A stretch of 64,000 bases of DNA from assembly GCA_032128375.1 (NCBI GenBank), contig JAQBGU010000107.1:85210-149209 (forward strand), in the 5' to 3' direction. This document shows positions 45,183 through 54,900 of this stretch, in pieces. The stretch's first letter is position 1. Each line of letters begins with the position of its first letter. Both the position numbers and the translations under genes were made by a program. The notes under the pieces are model-generated. The model had not been told where the DNA came from. It did no database searches and saw nothing but the letters and a program-made list of their open reading frames with translations. This DNA comes from Deltaproteobacteria bacterium. Lineage in GTDB: Bacteria; Myxococcota_A; UBA9160; SMWR01.

Positions 45183-46571
45183 GTGTTCCGACGCATTCAA
45201 CACGTGCACTTCGTCGGCATCGGCGGGATCGGCATGTGTGGACTGGCTGAACTGCTGCACAACCAGGGATATCACGTGACCGGATCGGACCTGCAGGTCG
45301 GGGCCACCGTGGAAAGGTTGCGATCACTCGGTGTCGCCGTGTCGATCGGCCACGACGCAGCGCACGTCGGGGATACCGACGTCGTCGTGTACTCCTCCGC
45401 GGTTCGTGAGACGAACCCCGAACTCCAGAAGGCTGAGCAGCTGAAGATTCCTGTGATTCCGCGTGCCGAGATGCTCGCCGAAGTCATGCGGCTGAAGGAC
45501 GGGATCGCAGTAGCGGGCAGTCACGGTAAGACGACGACTACGTCGCTGATTGCGCACGTACTCGACGCTGCCGGACTCGACCCCACCGCGATCATTGGCG
45601 GGCGGGTTCTGGCATCAGAAAGCGCACCGACCGGCGCACGGCTCGGTGCTGGAAACCTGCTCGTAGCGGAGGCCGATGAGAGCGACGGCTCGTTCCTGCG
45701 CCTGGCACCGGTGATCGCAGTCATCACGAACATCGATCCGGAACACCTCGACCACTACGGGTCCTTCGACGCGTTGAAGGAAGCCTTCGTGACCTTCGCC
45801 AACCGGATCCCGTTCTGGGGGTTGAGTGTGCTGTGTCTGGATCATCCCGGCGTGCAGGCGGTCATGCCCGAGATGACCCGACGAACGGTGACCTACGGGT
45901 TCTCGTCACAGGCTGACGTGATCGCCCAGGACCTCGAGATCGATGGTATCGGGATACGCTTCTCAGTCCGGGAACGCAACAGCGCACTCGGAGGCGTACG
46001 CATTCGTCTTCCCGGAAGACACAACGTGTTGAATGCTTTGGCCACGATTGCCGTTTCCCGGGAACTCGAGATTCCCTTCGACATCGTCGTCGACGCACTC
46101 GACAGCTTCTTGGGTATCGAACGTCGTTTCGAATTGAAGGGGAAAGTCGGCGGGGTCACAGTCATCGACGATTACGGCCATCACCCGGCCGAGATTTCGG
46201 CGACTCTCGCAGCCGCTCGCGCGCTGCATACCGGCCGCTTGATTGTCGCATTCCAACCGCATCGGTACACCCGCACACGGGATCTATACGCTGATTTCGT
46301 GACCGCATTCAACGACGCGGACATGTTGATTGTCTCGGACATCTATGCAGCAGGAGAATCGAAGATCGCCGGGGTCGAGTCTGCTCTGCTCGTGGAGGAT
46401 ATTCGCGCTCATGGACACCGAGAAGCCCACTTCGCAGCTGATCTCGAGCGCGTGCTGGAGATGCTGCTCGATCATGCAACATCCGGTGACATGGTACTGA
46501 CCCTGGGCGCGGGCAGCGTATCCGGTCTGGGGCGTCGGCTGGTCGAGCAGCTCGAAGCGAGGAAGGCTTGA
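45183..46571 (+). CDS. murC: UDP-MurNAc-L-alanine ligase
   Basis: HFVGIGGIGM, GSHGKTTT, EADESD, DDYGHHP, FQPHRYTRT. Confidence 0.96.
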   Translation: MFRRIQHVHFVGIGGIGMCGLAELLHNQGYHVTGSDLQVGATVERLRSLGVAVSIGHDAAHVGDTDVVVYSSAVRETNPELQKAEQLKIPVIPRAEMLAEVMRLKDGIAVAGSHGKTTTTSLIAHVLDAAGLDPTAIIGGRVLASESAPTGARLGAGNLLVAEADESDGSFLRLAPVIAVITNIDPEHLDHYGSFDALKEAFVTFANRIPFWGLSVLCLDHPGVQAVMPEMTRRTVTYGFSSQADVIAQDLEIDGIGIRFSVRERNSALGGVRIRLPGRHNVLNALATIAVSRELEIPFDIVVDALDSFLGIERRFELKGKVGGVTVIDDYGHHPAEISATLAAARALHTGRLIVAFQPHRYTRTRDLYADFVTAFNDADMLIVSDIYAAGESKIAGVESALLVEDIRAHGHREAHFAADLERVLEMLLDHATSGDMVLTLGAGSVSGLGRRLVEQLEARKA

Positions 46572-47485
46572 TTTCGCGAGCCGCGCGCCAGGGTCTCGAA
46601 GAAATCCTGGGCGACCTCGTTCGCTTCGACTTCCCCCTCGCGCGCTGCACGTCACTGCGGGTTGGTGGACCGATCGACGCGCTGGCGACACCGACCACGC
46701 GAGACGAGATCGTGCAAACCCTCGCATGGTGTAGGCAGCACAGACTCCCGCACTACGTCGTCGGTTCGGGCTTCAATCTGCTCGCACTAGACGAGCCGCT
46801 GGAAGGCGTGGTGCTGCAACTAGGCAAGCTGCGACGCCTGGAAGAGCGTCCGAATGGCGGCTTGCGTGCCGAAGCGGGCGTCTCGCACAGCCAGATCACC
46901 CGATTCTGTGTCGAACACAGTCTGTCGGGATTGGAATTCGCCTGCGGGATACCGGGAACGGTGGGCGGATGGATCGCAATGAACGCCGGTGTTCCGAGCC
47001 GAGAGATGCGAGATGCGCTGCGCGAAATCGAGGTCATCAGTCCAACGGGCCGCAGACTGCAGCACATCGCGCGCGACGACCTGTCGTTTGTGTATCGCGC
47101 GCTCCACGGCTTGGCGCCCGGCTCGGTGATCGTCTCGGCACTCTTCGAAGTCTCGATTTCGGTTGGCGAGCAGGTGCGGGCCGAAGTCGACCGACTGCTC
47201 GCCCGTCGCTCGTCCACACAGCCGCTGAATGTTCCTTCCTGTGGGTCGGTGTTCAAGAACCCTCCAGGTGACTTCGCGGGACGGCTGATCGAGGCAGCCG
47301 GTTTGAAGGGGCGACGACGCGGCGGCGCCGAGATCTCGCGGGTTCACGCCAATTTCATCGCGAATCTCGGAGGCGCGAGCGCATCAGACATTCTGGGCTT
47401 GATGGACGAGGCCCGTGATGCGGTCTGGCAGACCGCCGGAAAATGGCTGGTTCCCGAAGTGCGCACACTTGGAGGTCGAGCATGA
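46568..47485 (+). CDS. murB: UDP-N-acetylenolpyruvoylglucosamine reductase
   Basis: GLEFACGIPGTVGG..MNAG, QP..PSCGSVFKNP, HANFI. Confidence 0.95.
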   Translation: MISRAARQGLEEILGDLVRFDFPLARCTSLRVGGPIDALATPTTRDEIVQTLAWCRQHRLPHYVVGSGFNLLALDEPLEGVVLQLGKLRRLEERPNGGLRAEAGVSHSQITRFCVEHSLSGLEFACGIPGTVGGWIAMNAGVPSREMRDALREIEVISPTGRRLQHIARDDLSFVYRALHGLAPGSVIVSALFEVSISVGEQVRAEVDRLLARRSSTQPLNVPSCGSVFKNPPGDFAGRLIEAAGLKGRRRGGAEISRVHANFIANLGGASASDILGLMDEARDAVWQTAGKWLVPEVRTLGGRA

Positions 47486-48468
47486 ACGAGAAGCGCCCGC
47501 ATGTAGGCGCGAGGAGCCACACCAACAAGGCGCCGGCCTCGCGACGAGAAGACACCGCAAGAAACCGCAGCGCGCGTGCGCGCGCGCATCTCGAGCGGGT
47601 GCGAGGAGGACAGTCAGCAAGGCCCGTCCCCAGCCTGTCACGGGTAGCGCCGATCGGGATCGCGGCTTCACTCATCGTGGGCGTCTTGTTTGGAAGCCCC
47701 CTCTTGGCAGCGACCCGTTCGTGGATCGCCGGCGAACCCATCCGGCTCGAGTCGATCTCGGTGAGCGGGGCGGCTCGCCTCTCACTGACAGAAATCGGCC
47801 GTGCGACGGCTCTACCTAAGGGGGTGTTGATCGCTGAAATCGAGCCGAGTGAGGTCGAAGCCCGCCTGCTCTCACATCCCTGGATTTCGGATGCAGCGGT
47901 GTTGCGGCTTCCAGCCAGTCGACTGCTGATTGGGATCACCGAGCGCGTAGCGCTGGCTGTCGTCGCCAACACCGCCAAGGAAGGACGCCAAGGAAGCGAC
48001 GAGCTCGAGTGGCGCGTCGTTTCGTCGACTGGACTTCCATTCGCCAGCGCCAGCGAATCCGATATCGAGTCGTTGCCGAGGTTACTGACCCGGTCTGCAC
48101 TGGCGACGGCTGAGCCCAGCGAAGCACTCGCGAATGCAATCAAGTTCTCCGCTCGATTCCCCGAGTTCGACTTGCCGACTCCGTCGGAACTCGTGATCGA
48201 CGAGGGTGTCGGCTCCGAAGGGTGGGTCGTTCGGCTGCCAAGCCTCGAGCCGCGTGTGGTTCTCGGGCGCGACAACCTCGACGACCGACTCGCCGCACTC
48301 GCCGCAATCCTGAACTCCGGCCGAAAAGAGCTGGCGGAAGCAGAAACCATCGATCTTCGTTTCGCCGAACAGGCTGTTCTGCGAAGTACGCCGTCCTCGA
48401 AAGGGACGACACAAGCGGCAGCGGCGCACGAAAGTATGTCACTGCCCAAGCCGAGGCCGACCGGGTGA
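47482..48468 (+). CDS. ftsQ: Cell division protein FtsQ/DivIB
   Basis: TM plus POTRA-like HPWISDA.V.R.PA..L.I.ITER, C-terminal IDLRF; position before ftsA. Confidence 0.85.
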   Translation: MNEKRPHVGARSHTNKAPASRREDTARNRSARARAHLERVRGGQSARPVPSLSRVAPIGIAASLIVGVLFGSPLLAATRSWIAGEPIRLESISVSGAARLSLTEIGRATALPKGVLIAEIEPSEVEARLLSHPWISDAAVLRLPASRLLIGITERVALAVVANTAKEGRQGSDELEWRVVSSTGLPFASASESDIESLPRLLTRSALATAEPSEALANAIKFSARFPEFDLPTPSELVIDEGVGSEGWVVRLPSLEPRVVLGRDNLDDRLAALAAILNSGRKELAEAETIDLRFAEQAVLRSTPSSKGTTQAAAAHESMSLPKPRPTG

Positions 48469-48548
48469 CCGGCGGTCCGAGCCGACGTGCGAAGCGCACG
48501 TCGCGTGAGAGTCGCTAACGGGCTCTCGCAGAAATCAGGGGGGAAACC

Positions 48549-49787
48549 ATGTCCAGGAGAGAAGAGCTCATCGTCGGGCTCGATATCGGAACTACCAAAA
48601 TTTGTGTAATCGTTGCACAGCGGACGGAGAACGGCGTGGATATCGTCGGAATCGGGACGCATCCGTCACGTGGCCTCCGGAAGGGAGTGGTGGTCGACAT
48701 CGACGCCACAGTGCACTCGATCAAACTGGCGGTCGAAGAAGCGGAATTGATGGCGGACTGCGAAATCACATCCGTCTACGCGGGCATTGCGGGTGGTCAC
48801 ATCGATGGCTTCAACTCTCACGGTGTGGTTGCAGTCAAGGATCGTGAGGTCAGCGATGGGGACGTTCGGCGGGTGATCGACGCTGCCAAGGCGGTGGCAA
48901 TCCCGATGGACCGTGAAGTGATCCACGTGATCGCTCAGGAGTTCATCATCGATGATCAGGACGGGATCCGCGAACCTCTCGGCATGAGCGGCGTACGGCT
49001 GGAAGCGAAGGTCCACATTGTCACAGCCGCCGTCACGAGCGCACAGAACATCGTGAAGTGTGCAAACAAAGCTGGGCTCAACGTGATGGATATCGTGCTC
49101 GAGCCGCTCGCATCGGCAGAAGCCTGCCTGGGCCAGGACGAGCGGGACCTCGGCGTTTGCCTGATCGACATCGGGGGCGGCACAACCGATATCGCAGTAT
49201 TCGAAAACGGGTCGATCAAGCATACATCTGTGCTGGGAGTTGGGGGGTTTCACATCTCCAACGACATTGCGGTCGGTCTGCGAACGCCCTTTGATGAGGC
49301 TGAGCGAATCAAGAAAAAGTTCGGTGTAGCGGCCGCACGCTTTCTGTCTGGCGACGACATCCTCAGCGTTCCCAGCGTTGGTGGTCGGCGCCCGCGACAG
49401 ATGTCCCGCAAGATGCTGTGCGAGATCATCGAACCTCGCGTCGACGAAATATTGAGCCTCGCACGCCAGGAACTCACAAAGGAAGGGCTCGGGAGTCACT
49501 TCCCATCGGGCATTGTCTTGACCGGGGGGGCATCATCGCTCGAAGGCATCGGAGACTTGGCCGAGGAAATCTTCGAGGCACCCGTTCGCCAGGGCATCCC
49601 GACGCATGTCGGAGGTCTGCAGGACGTGGTTCGCGGCCCGATGTACTCCACCGGTGTTGGACTGGCGCTGATTGGCGCAGCCGACCAGGACGGGCCACGG
49701 CAATCACGATTCCGGATTCGCGACGAATCGATTTTCGGAAAGGTCCGGCAGCGTATGCGCCAATGGTTCTTCACCGATGGCGAATGA
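48549..49787 (+). CDS. ftsA: Cell division protein FtsA
   Basis: GLDIGTTK, PLGMSGVRLE, DIGGGTTD, AERIKK, LTGG, C-terminal amphipathic helix. Confidence 0.96.
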   Translation: MSRREELIVGLDIGTTKICVIVAQRTENGVDIVGIGTHPSRGLRKGVVVDIDATVHSIKLAVEEAELMADCEITSVYAGIAGGHIDGFNSHGVVAVKDREVSDGDVRRVIDAAKAVAIPMDREVIHVIAQEFIIDDQDGIREPLGMSGVRLEAKVHIVTAAVTSAQNIVKCANKAGLNVMDIVLEPLASAEACLGQDERDLGVCLIDIGGGTTDIAVFENGSIKHTSVLGVGGFHISNDIAVGLRTPFDEAERIKKKFGVAAARFLSGDDILSVPSVGGRRPRQMSRKMLCEIIEPRVDEILSLARQELTKEGLGSHFPSGIVLTGGASSLEGIGDLAEEIFEAPVRQGIPTHVGGLQDVVRGPMYSTGVGLALIGAADQDGPRQSRFRIRDESIFGKVRQRMRQWFFTDGE

Positions 49788-49914
49788 GGCTTCTTGATCT
49801 CCCCCGGGGGAATGAGGGAGCGTGTGAGCGGCCGACCTCGAGCAAGGCCGCACAAATTTCGTAGTTTAATGTTACATTCAGCGAATTCTCGAGATCGCGC
49901 GGAGGGCTAGATCA

Positions 49915-51321
49915 ATGTCCAAAAGAAGGCAAGACCGATCCGATTCGGGCACATCCCAGCCGGGTTCAGAAACAGGCGGAGATTGGTTCGGAAAGACATC
50001 TGGCGCAGCCACGGAGACCAACGAGTTGCTTAGCTCGACGGGCGACCGGGCACTTTTGGAATTCGAAGGGGGGCCTCGCGGCCGCGCCTCGATCAAGGTC
50101 ATCGGCGTAGGTGGGGGGGGCGGCAATGCCGTCAACACCATGATTCATTCGGGTCTCTCGGGTGTCCATTTCGTGGCCGCCAACACCGATTCCCAGGCTC
50201 TCCAGCACAACTTGGCTCCGATGAAGCTGCAACTCGGCAGCGAGGCCACGCGCGGCCTGGGTTGCGGCGCCGATCCCAACAAGGGACACCTGTCGGCAAC
50301 CGAAGTCAGAGATCGAATCGCAGATCTACTGCAGGACACCGATATGGTGTTCGTGACTGCCGGTCTTGGCGGAGGGACCGGAACCGGTGCCGCGCCGGTC
50401 ATCGCCGAAGTCGCCCGAGAACTCGGCGCGCTGACGGTGGCGGTCGTGACGAAGCCGTTCAACTTCGAAGGGCGAACGCGAATGAACCACGCGGAAGAGG
50501 GACTCGACGAATTGCACCGAGTTGTCGATACGGTGATCACGATCCCCAACCAGCGGCTGCTGGCAGTGGCGGGCAAGAACACGTCTATGCGCGATGCATT
50601 CCGCCTCGCCGACGAGGTGCTCTTCAACGCCGTGCGCGGAATCTCGGACCTGATCACGATCCACGGATTGATCAACCTCGACTTTGCGGACGTGCGCACG
50701 ATTATGAACGAAATGGGCGCCGCATTGATGGGGACGGGTACGGCCTCCGGCGAAGATCGTGCGGTCGAGGCGGCACGAGCAGCCATCTCGAGCCCGTTGC
50801 TGGAGGATTTGTCGATCGATGGCGCCCACGGTGTATTGATCAACATCACCGGTGGCGAAGACCTGTCACTGTTCGAGGTCAACGTGGCATCCACACTCAT
50901 CCAAGAAGCGGCCCATGAAGATGCCAACATCATCTTCGGTGCTGTCATCGACGACCAAATAGAAGAGGGCACGATGCGCGTCACAGTGATTGCGACGGGC
51001 CTCGACGACAAGCGGGTGCGACGGTCCCCCGAAATGGGCGTCGGGCGCCGCCAGCATGCCAACGTGACGCCGCTGCGCCCCGAATCGGTACAGATACCCA
51101 GTTCGCCAGCCAGCCTGCCGCCGGCTGCCATCTACGAGACGCCGGTTCAGGCCGAATTCCGAGATATCGAAACACAGCCGCCGGCTCAGTTGCCTGAGTC
51201 TCACCATTCCGCTCAGCGCGACGAGCAGATCAATCGCGACCTGGGGACGGGCAGCGAATTCATGTCGCCATTCGATGACGAACTCGACATTCCGACGTTC
51301 CTCCGGCGCTCAGCAGACTGA
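49915..51321 (+). CDS. ftsZ: Cell division protein FtsZ
   Basis: IKVIGVGGGGGNAVN, GLGGGTGTGAAP, NLDFAD, C-terminal LDIPTFLRR. Confidence 0.97.
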   Translation: MSKRRQDRSDSGTSQPGSETGGDWFGKTSGAATETNELLSSTGDRALLEFEGGPRGRASIKVIGVGGGGGNAVNTMIHSGLSGVHFVAANTDSQALQHNLAPMKLQLGSEATRGLGCGADPNKGHLSATEVRDRIADLLQDTDMVFVTAGLGGGTGTGAAPVIAEVARELGALTVAVVTKPFNFEGRTRMNHAEEGLDELHRVVDTVITIPNQRLLAVAGKNTSMRDAFRLADEVLFNAVRGISDLITIHGLINLDFADVRTIMNEMGAALMGTGTASGEDRAVEAARAAISSPLLEDLSIDGAHGVLINITGGEDLSLFEVNVASTLIQEAAHEDANIIFGAVIDDQIEEGTMRVTVIATGLDDKRVRRSPEMGVGRRQHANVTPLRPESVQIPSSPASLPPAAIYETPVQAEFRDIETQPPAQLPESHHSAQRDEQINRDLGTGSEFMSPFDDELDIPTFLRRSAD

Positions 51322-51359
51322 GGCGATCGGCGAATCAGCAAGTTCAGTACAGAACCAAC

Positions 51360-51406
51360 ACAAGGGCGCCGGTCAGCCTAAACTGAACGGCGCCTTTGTC
51401 TGTTTC
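51360..51406 (+). terminator. Putative intrinsic terminator after ftsZ
   Basis: ACAAGGGCGCCGGTCAG / CTGAACGGCGCCTTTGT hairpin followed by a weak T-rich run CTGTTTC. Confidence 0.5.
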
Positions 51407-51580
51407 ACTCTCCCCTATTTCGCCCAATCCGTTCCCAGCATCGCGTCTGTGTTTCACCCCCCGCACATACAGGCATCCATTCGATTCGATGTCCCGATGT
51501 ATGCAAGGCTCGAATCTGCGCGAGCGGCGCGCGGCTGAGGCACTGCGAGGATCTTTCAATGAACTGCTAGGGTTTCCGTC

Positions 51581-52267
51581 ATGGCGGAACCCCTGATCCT
51601 CGTCGAGCGCGACCAAGACGTTGCAATTCTGACCTTCAATGATCCGCAGCGCTTGAATGCGATGAGCCAGGCAATGGGCGAAGCCTTTGCCGCACAAGTC
51701 GCGACGCTGAGTAGTGACGACGCACTGCGGGCGGTGGTTCTAACCGGAGCCGGGCGTGCGTTCTCTGCCGGTGGGGACCTGGCCATGATCCAGCAGCGCG
51801 CCGACGAAGGCGCAGCGGCGCCTGGCATCGCGCGACGTGGGATTCGCGACTCGATGCACTCGTTCTACAAGCTGTTTCTCGCGGTCCGCGACCTGCCTTG
51901 CCCGACAATCGCCGCAATCAATGGCGCTGCGGTGGGTGCGGGGTTCTGTGTAGCGTTGGCGTGCGATGTCCGAATCGCATCGTGCAGCGGAGACTACGCG
52001 GTCGGGGACGAGTGCGCGGTTGACCAACCCGATTTGCGCCGCCTCTTCGCCGCTGAACACCAAGAATTGGCGAACGAGTTTGCGAGCAATGCGCCGGCTG
52101 CGGTCCGATCCACCAAACGCGCACTAGCCCGAAGTCTCGACGCCACACTCGAGGACCAGCTCAGCTTCGAAGCCCACGAGCAAGCCATCTGCTTCGAGAC
52201 GCAGGACGCTCAGGAAGGCATCGCCGCCGCGAAGGAAAGACGATCCCCAAGATTTACGGGCACCTAG
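51581..52267 (+). pseudogene. Enoyl-CoA hydratase/isomerase disrupted by an in-frame internal inversion plus deletion
   Basis: Normal crotonase N- and C-termini (AFSAGGDL, AAINGAAVGAG, CDVRIA; APAAVRSTKR, RSPRFTG); 51983-52060 reads as crotonase only on the minus strand; about 41 codons missing versus the paralog at 56514-57302. Confidence 0.75.
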
Positions 52268-52320
52268 AATCCAATCGCCCGCTCTGCCAATCAATCGTCA
52301 CCAGGATGCGTAGCGAAACC

Positions 52321-53454
52321 TCAAGCGAAGCGACTCGGTGAGAACGGCAGAGCTTCGTCGGAAACCTGTCCCTCGACGATCAGTTCGACGATCGCAACGG
52401 CCGTCAATGCGCTGAGCAGCACCCCATGCCGGCCATGTCCTGTCGCCAGGATCACACCCTCCACGTTCGGTACGCGACCCACCAGTGGCATCCCGTCTGG
52501 AGTCAGCGCAAACGACCCCACCCACGTCTCGCGCGACGGAAGTCCGGCTATGCCGCGCAATACACGCGCCGCCTGCTCGGCGAGCGGCCTCGAAGTGTCG
52601 AAATCGTCCCCAGCGCCGTCCCGATCCAATTCAGACTGCGGTTTGAAAGGTACCTCGAGCGTCCCCGCCAGATGGTTTCCAACCCACAATTCGCCAAACT
52701 CGGGAACCAGTTGCAGACCGCCAGCCGACACGCTGCTCGGCAAGTTCGGCCTCGGTGCTTCCAGTTTGAGCATTTCTCCGATGACCGGCTCGAATGGGAC
52801 CGCAGCGCCGACCCAGTGAGCGACGTCCCCAGACCAATTGCCCGCACAGATGATCACGTCACCCGCCGCGAACAACTGGTTGGGTTCGGTCACTACGCCT
52901 GCAACGCAACCCTCAGACATCGCCAAACCAACCGCGGGCGTACCGAACTCGAAACGGGCGCCATAGTGTTTGGCGCCGCGAGCGAAAATGCGCGTCAGGC
53001 GTGCGCCGTCCACTTGCGACTCGCGGGGAGACCAGATGCCCCCGTGCCAGCGCGGATCCAGCCGCGAATCCCACGATTCCAACTCGGCGCGGTCGTACCA
53101 CTGACAGCCGTGTTGTGATGCCCCAGTCGCGTGCGCCATCATCGCGTCGCAGTCGCGCTGCTCGGCCAGCCGGAGCAGCCCTGTGTCACCGATGCGCGGT
53201 TCGAGCGTCGAGACGTCTTCGAGTTCGGACTCGATTTCGCGGAGCGTTTCCAACGACGACCATCCCGCTCGAACACGCGCCTCGGAGTCGGGGGCGTCAA
53301 GCGGCGCCAGTACACTGGTAGGTGCCGCTGAGGCGTGTTGCGCGAGTTGGTCACGCTCGATCACCGTTACGCTGAGACCGGCCCGAGCCAGCCAAAATGC
53401 AATCGCGCAGCCCACGATTCCAGCGCCTACAACGACCGTGTCTGAGGTCTCCAC
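52321..53454 (-). CDS. FAD-dependent oxidoreductase, glycine oxidase/D-amino acid oxidase-like (divergent)
   Basis: VVGAGIVG..V.ER dinucleotide fold, CAGNWS, TPDGMPLVG, ATGHGRHGVLLS, FSPSRF. Confidence 0.8.
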   Translation of the reverse strand: METSDTVVVGAGIVGCAIAFWLARAGLSVTVIERDQLAQHASAAPTSVLAPLDAPDSEARVRAGWSSLETLREIESELEDVSTLEPRIGDTGLLRLAEQRDCDAMMAHATGASQHGCQWYDRAELESWDSRLDPRWHGGIWSPRESQVDGARLTRIFARGAKHYGARFEFGTPAVGLAMSEGCVAGVVTEPNQLFAAGDVIICAGNWSGDVAHWVGAAVPFEPVIGEMLKLEAPRPNLPSSVSAGGLQLVPEFGELWVGNHLAGTLEVPFKPQSELDRDGAGDDFDTSRPLAEQAARVLRGIAGLPSRETWVGSFALTPDGMPLVGRVPNVEGVILATGHGRHGVLLSALTAVAIVELIVEGQVSDEALPFSPSRFA

Positions 53455-53660
53455 AGCGCGCCTCCTGAATAATCTGTACCGGATCGCACGTTTTTGGTTG
53501 ATTCGCGATTTGAATTAATGGTATCTGCCTTCCGATCCGCCACGGGTTCCTCGAGCCCGGCGTGGGCCCAACGGGATGCGCCGGCCGCGGGTAGTGCGAA
53601 AACCCGTTGGCGGGATCGGCCAAGCCCGCAATCTACGCCATGATCAACGCCGAGGGGACC

Positions 53661-54821
53661 ATGACACCGAACTCGCCGTCCGATGAACCCAATGCGTCGA
53701 CTCCCAAAGTGGTTCGCAGCCCGAATGACCTGCTGAAACTCGCTCGATCAGATGACCCTGGGGCCAGGGCTTTGCTCGCAGAGCTGTCTGCCGACGCAAT
53801 CGCGGAAGGCTGTATCGAGCTCGATGCAAGATCGCGCGGGGAATTCCTGATCAGAATCGACAACCCCGAGCAGGTCGTTCCGCTACTGCCGGAGTCCGAG
53901 TTCGCACTGGCCCTCAACGCGATCGGCAAGGACGAAGCCGGCTGGCTGCTGGCTTTTTCTACCGAGGAGCAGCGAATCGCGTGCATCGACATGGATTGTT
54001 TCGACCTCGAGGGCTTCCAGCCGGAACGGATGATGGGCTGGATCGATGCACTGATCGATGCGGGTCCAGCCACGCTCGCTGCCGCGTTCGAGGAACTCGA
54101 CCCCGAAATCTGGGCACTCGGACTGCGCTGGATGGCGCACTTTTCGATCGGGGCGGAGGCCGGCGACGCGTTCACCGAAGATGGGGTGGTCTTTTATACG
54201 CCTCACTCGGACTCGGATTTCGAGCGCGTCCGCGAAATTCTGCAGACGCTGTTCAGCTCGAACCCGCGACTCTACTGGCAGGTGGCATATGCGGCGATGG
54301 AAGGCGCATCGGCAGAGTGCGAAGAGTGGGCTGTCCGCTGGCGCGACGCACGGCTTGCGGATCTCGGGTTTCCGTCCCGCGAGCAGGCGATGTGGGTGTA
54401 CCAGCCATTGTCGGTCGCTGAAGTCGAGTTTCGACAGCCGACGACCGGCCCGGATGAGTCGACGGCGGGACCCGACAGCCGATCACCGCGCGGATCCACG
54501 GAATTGATCCCCAGCCGGTTCGGCAAGCTGATGCTCGGCGATGCACTCCGGCAGCTGCCCGCGGGCCGCGCCAGCGAGTTGTTGGGATACATCGCCGGTG
54601 TTGCCAACGCACTGGCGATCGCGGATCGGCTCGAACTCGGAGACCCCGATTCGGCCACGGAAGCCAGCAACAAGGCGCTAGCCGGAATCGAAAGGGGGCT
54701 GTGCAAGCTGGTCGAGAGTCGCAATCTGGCTGCCCACCTTGTGCTCGACCGCGTGACCGCTTTGCAACTTTTTCGCTTGGGAGCGAGCGACGACACGAGC
54801 CTGCGTGGAGGTCGGCTCTAA
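53661..54821 (+). CDS. Hypothetical protein, DUF6178-like
   Basis: WRDARLADLGFP..A..VYQPL, VANALAIAD and LQLFRLG segments recalled from this family; start uncertain. Confidence 0.55.
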   Translation: MTPNSPSDEPNASTPKVVRSPNDLLKLARSDDPGARALLAELSADAIAEGCIELDARSRGEFLIRIDNPEQVVPLLPESEFALALNAIGKDEAGWLLAFSTEEQRIACIDMDCFDLEGFQPERMMGWIDALIDAGPATLAAAFEELDPEIWALGLRWMAHFSIGAEAGDAFTEDGVVFYTPHSDSDFERVREILQTLFSSNPRLYWQVAYAAMEGASAECEEWAVRWRDARLADLGFPSREQAMWVYQPLSVAEVEFRQPTTGPDESTAGPDSRSPRGSTELIPSRFGKLMLGDALRQLPAGRASELLGYIAGVANALAIADRLELGDPDSATEASNKALAGIERGLCKLVESRNLAAHLVLDRVTALQLFRLGASDDTSLRGGRL

Positions 54822-54900
54822 TCGCTCTCTGAGTGATTGTCTGAACGGCCGACGCGTCAGCCGTTGCCGGGTTCCGTTTCTGGTTCGTTCATTCATTCAT

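Noticed and set aside
31681..51131. Numerous long antisense or alternate-frame ORFs (e.g. 31681-32781, 35394-36839, 47355-48662, 50145-51131)
   Set aside because: Shadows of well-supported genes, expected in high-GC DNA, with no family motifs
51740..52063. 107-aa minus-strand ORF as an independent gene
   Set aside because: Only its first ~27 codons are protein-like, and they are the inverted piece of the + strand crotonase
53455..53660. TPP riboswitch upstream of the thiO-like gene
   Set aside because: No CTGAGA or other TPP aptamer core on the relevant strand
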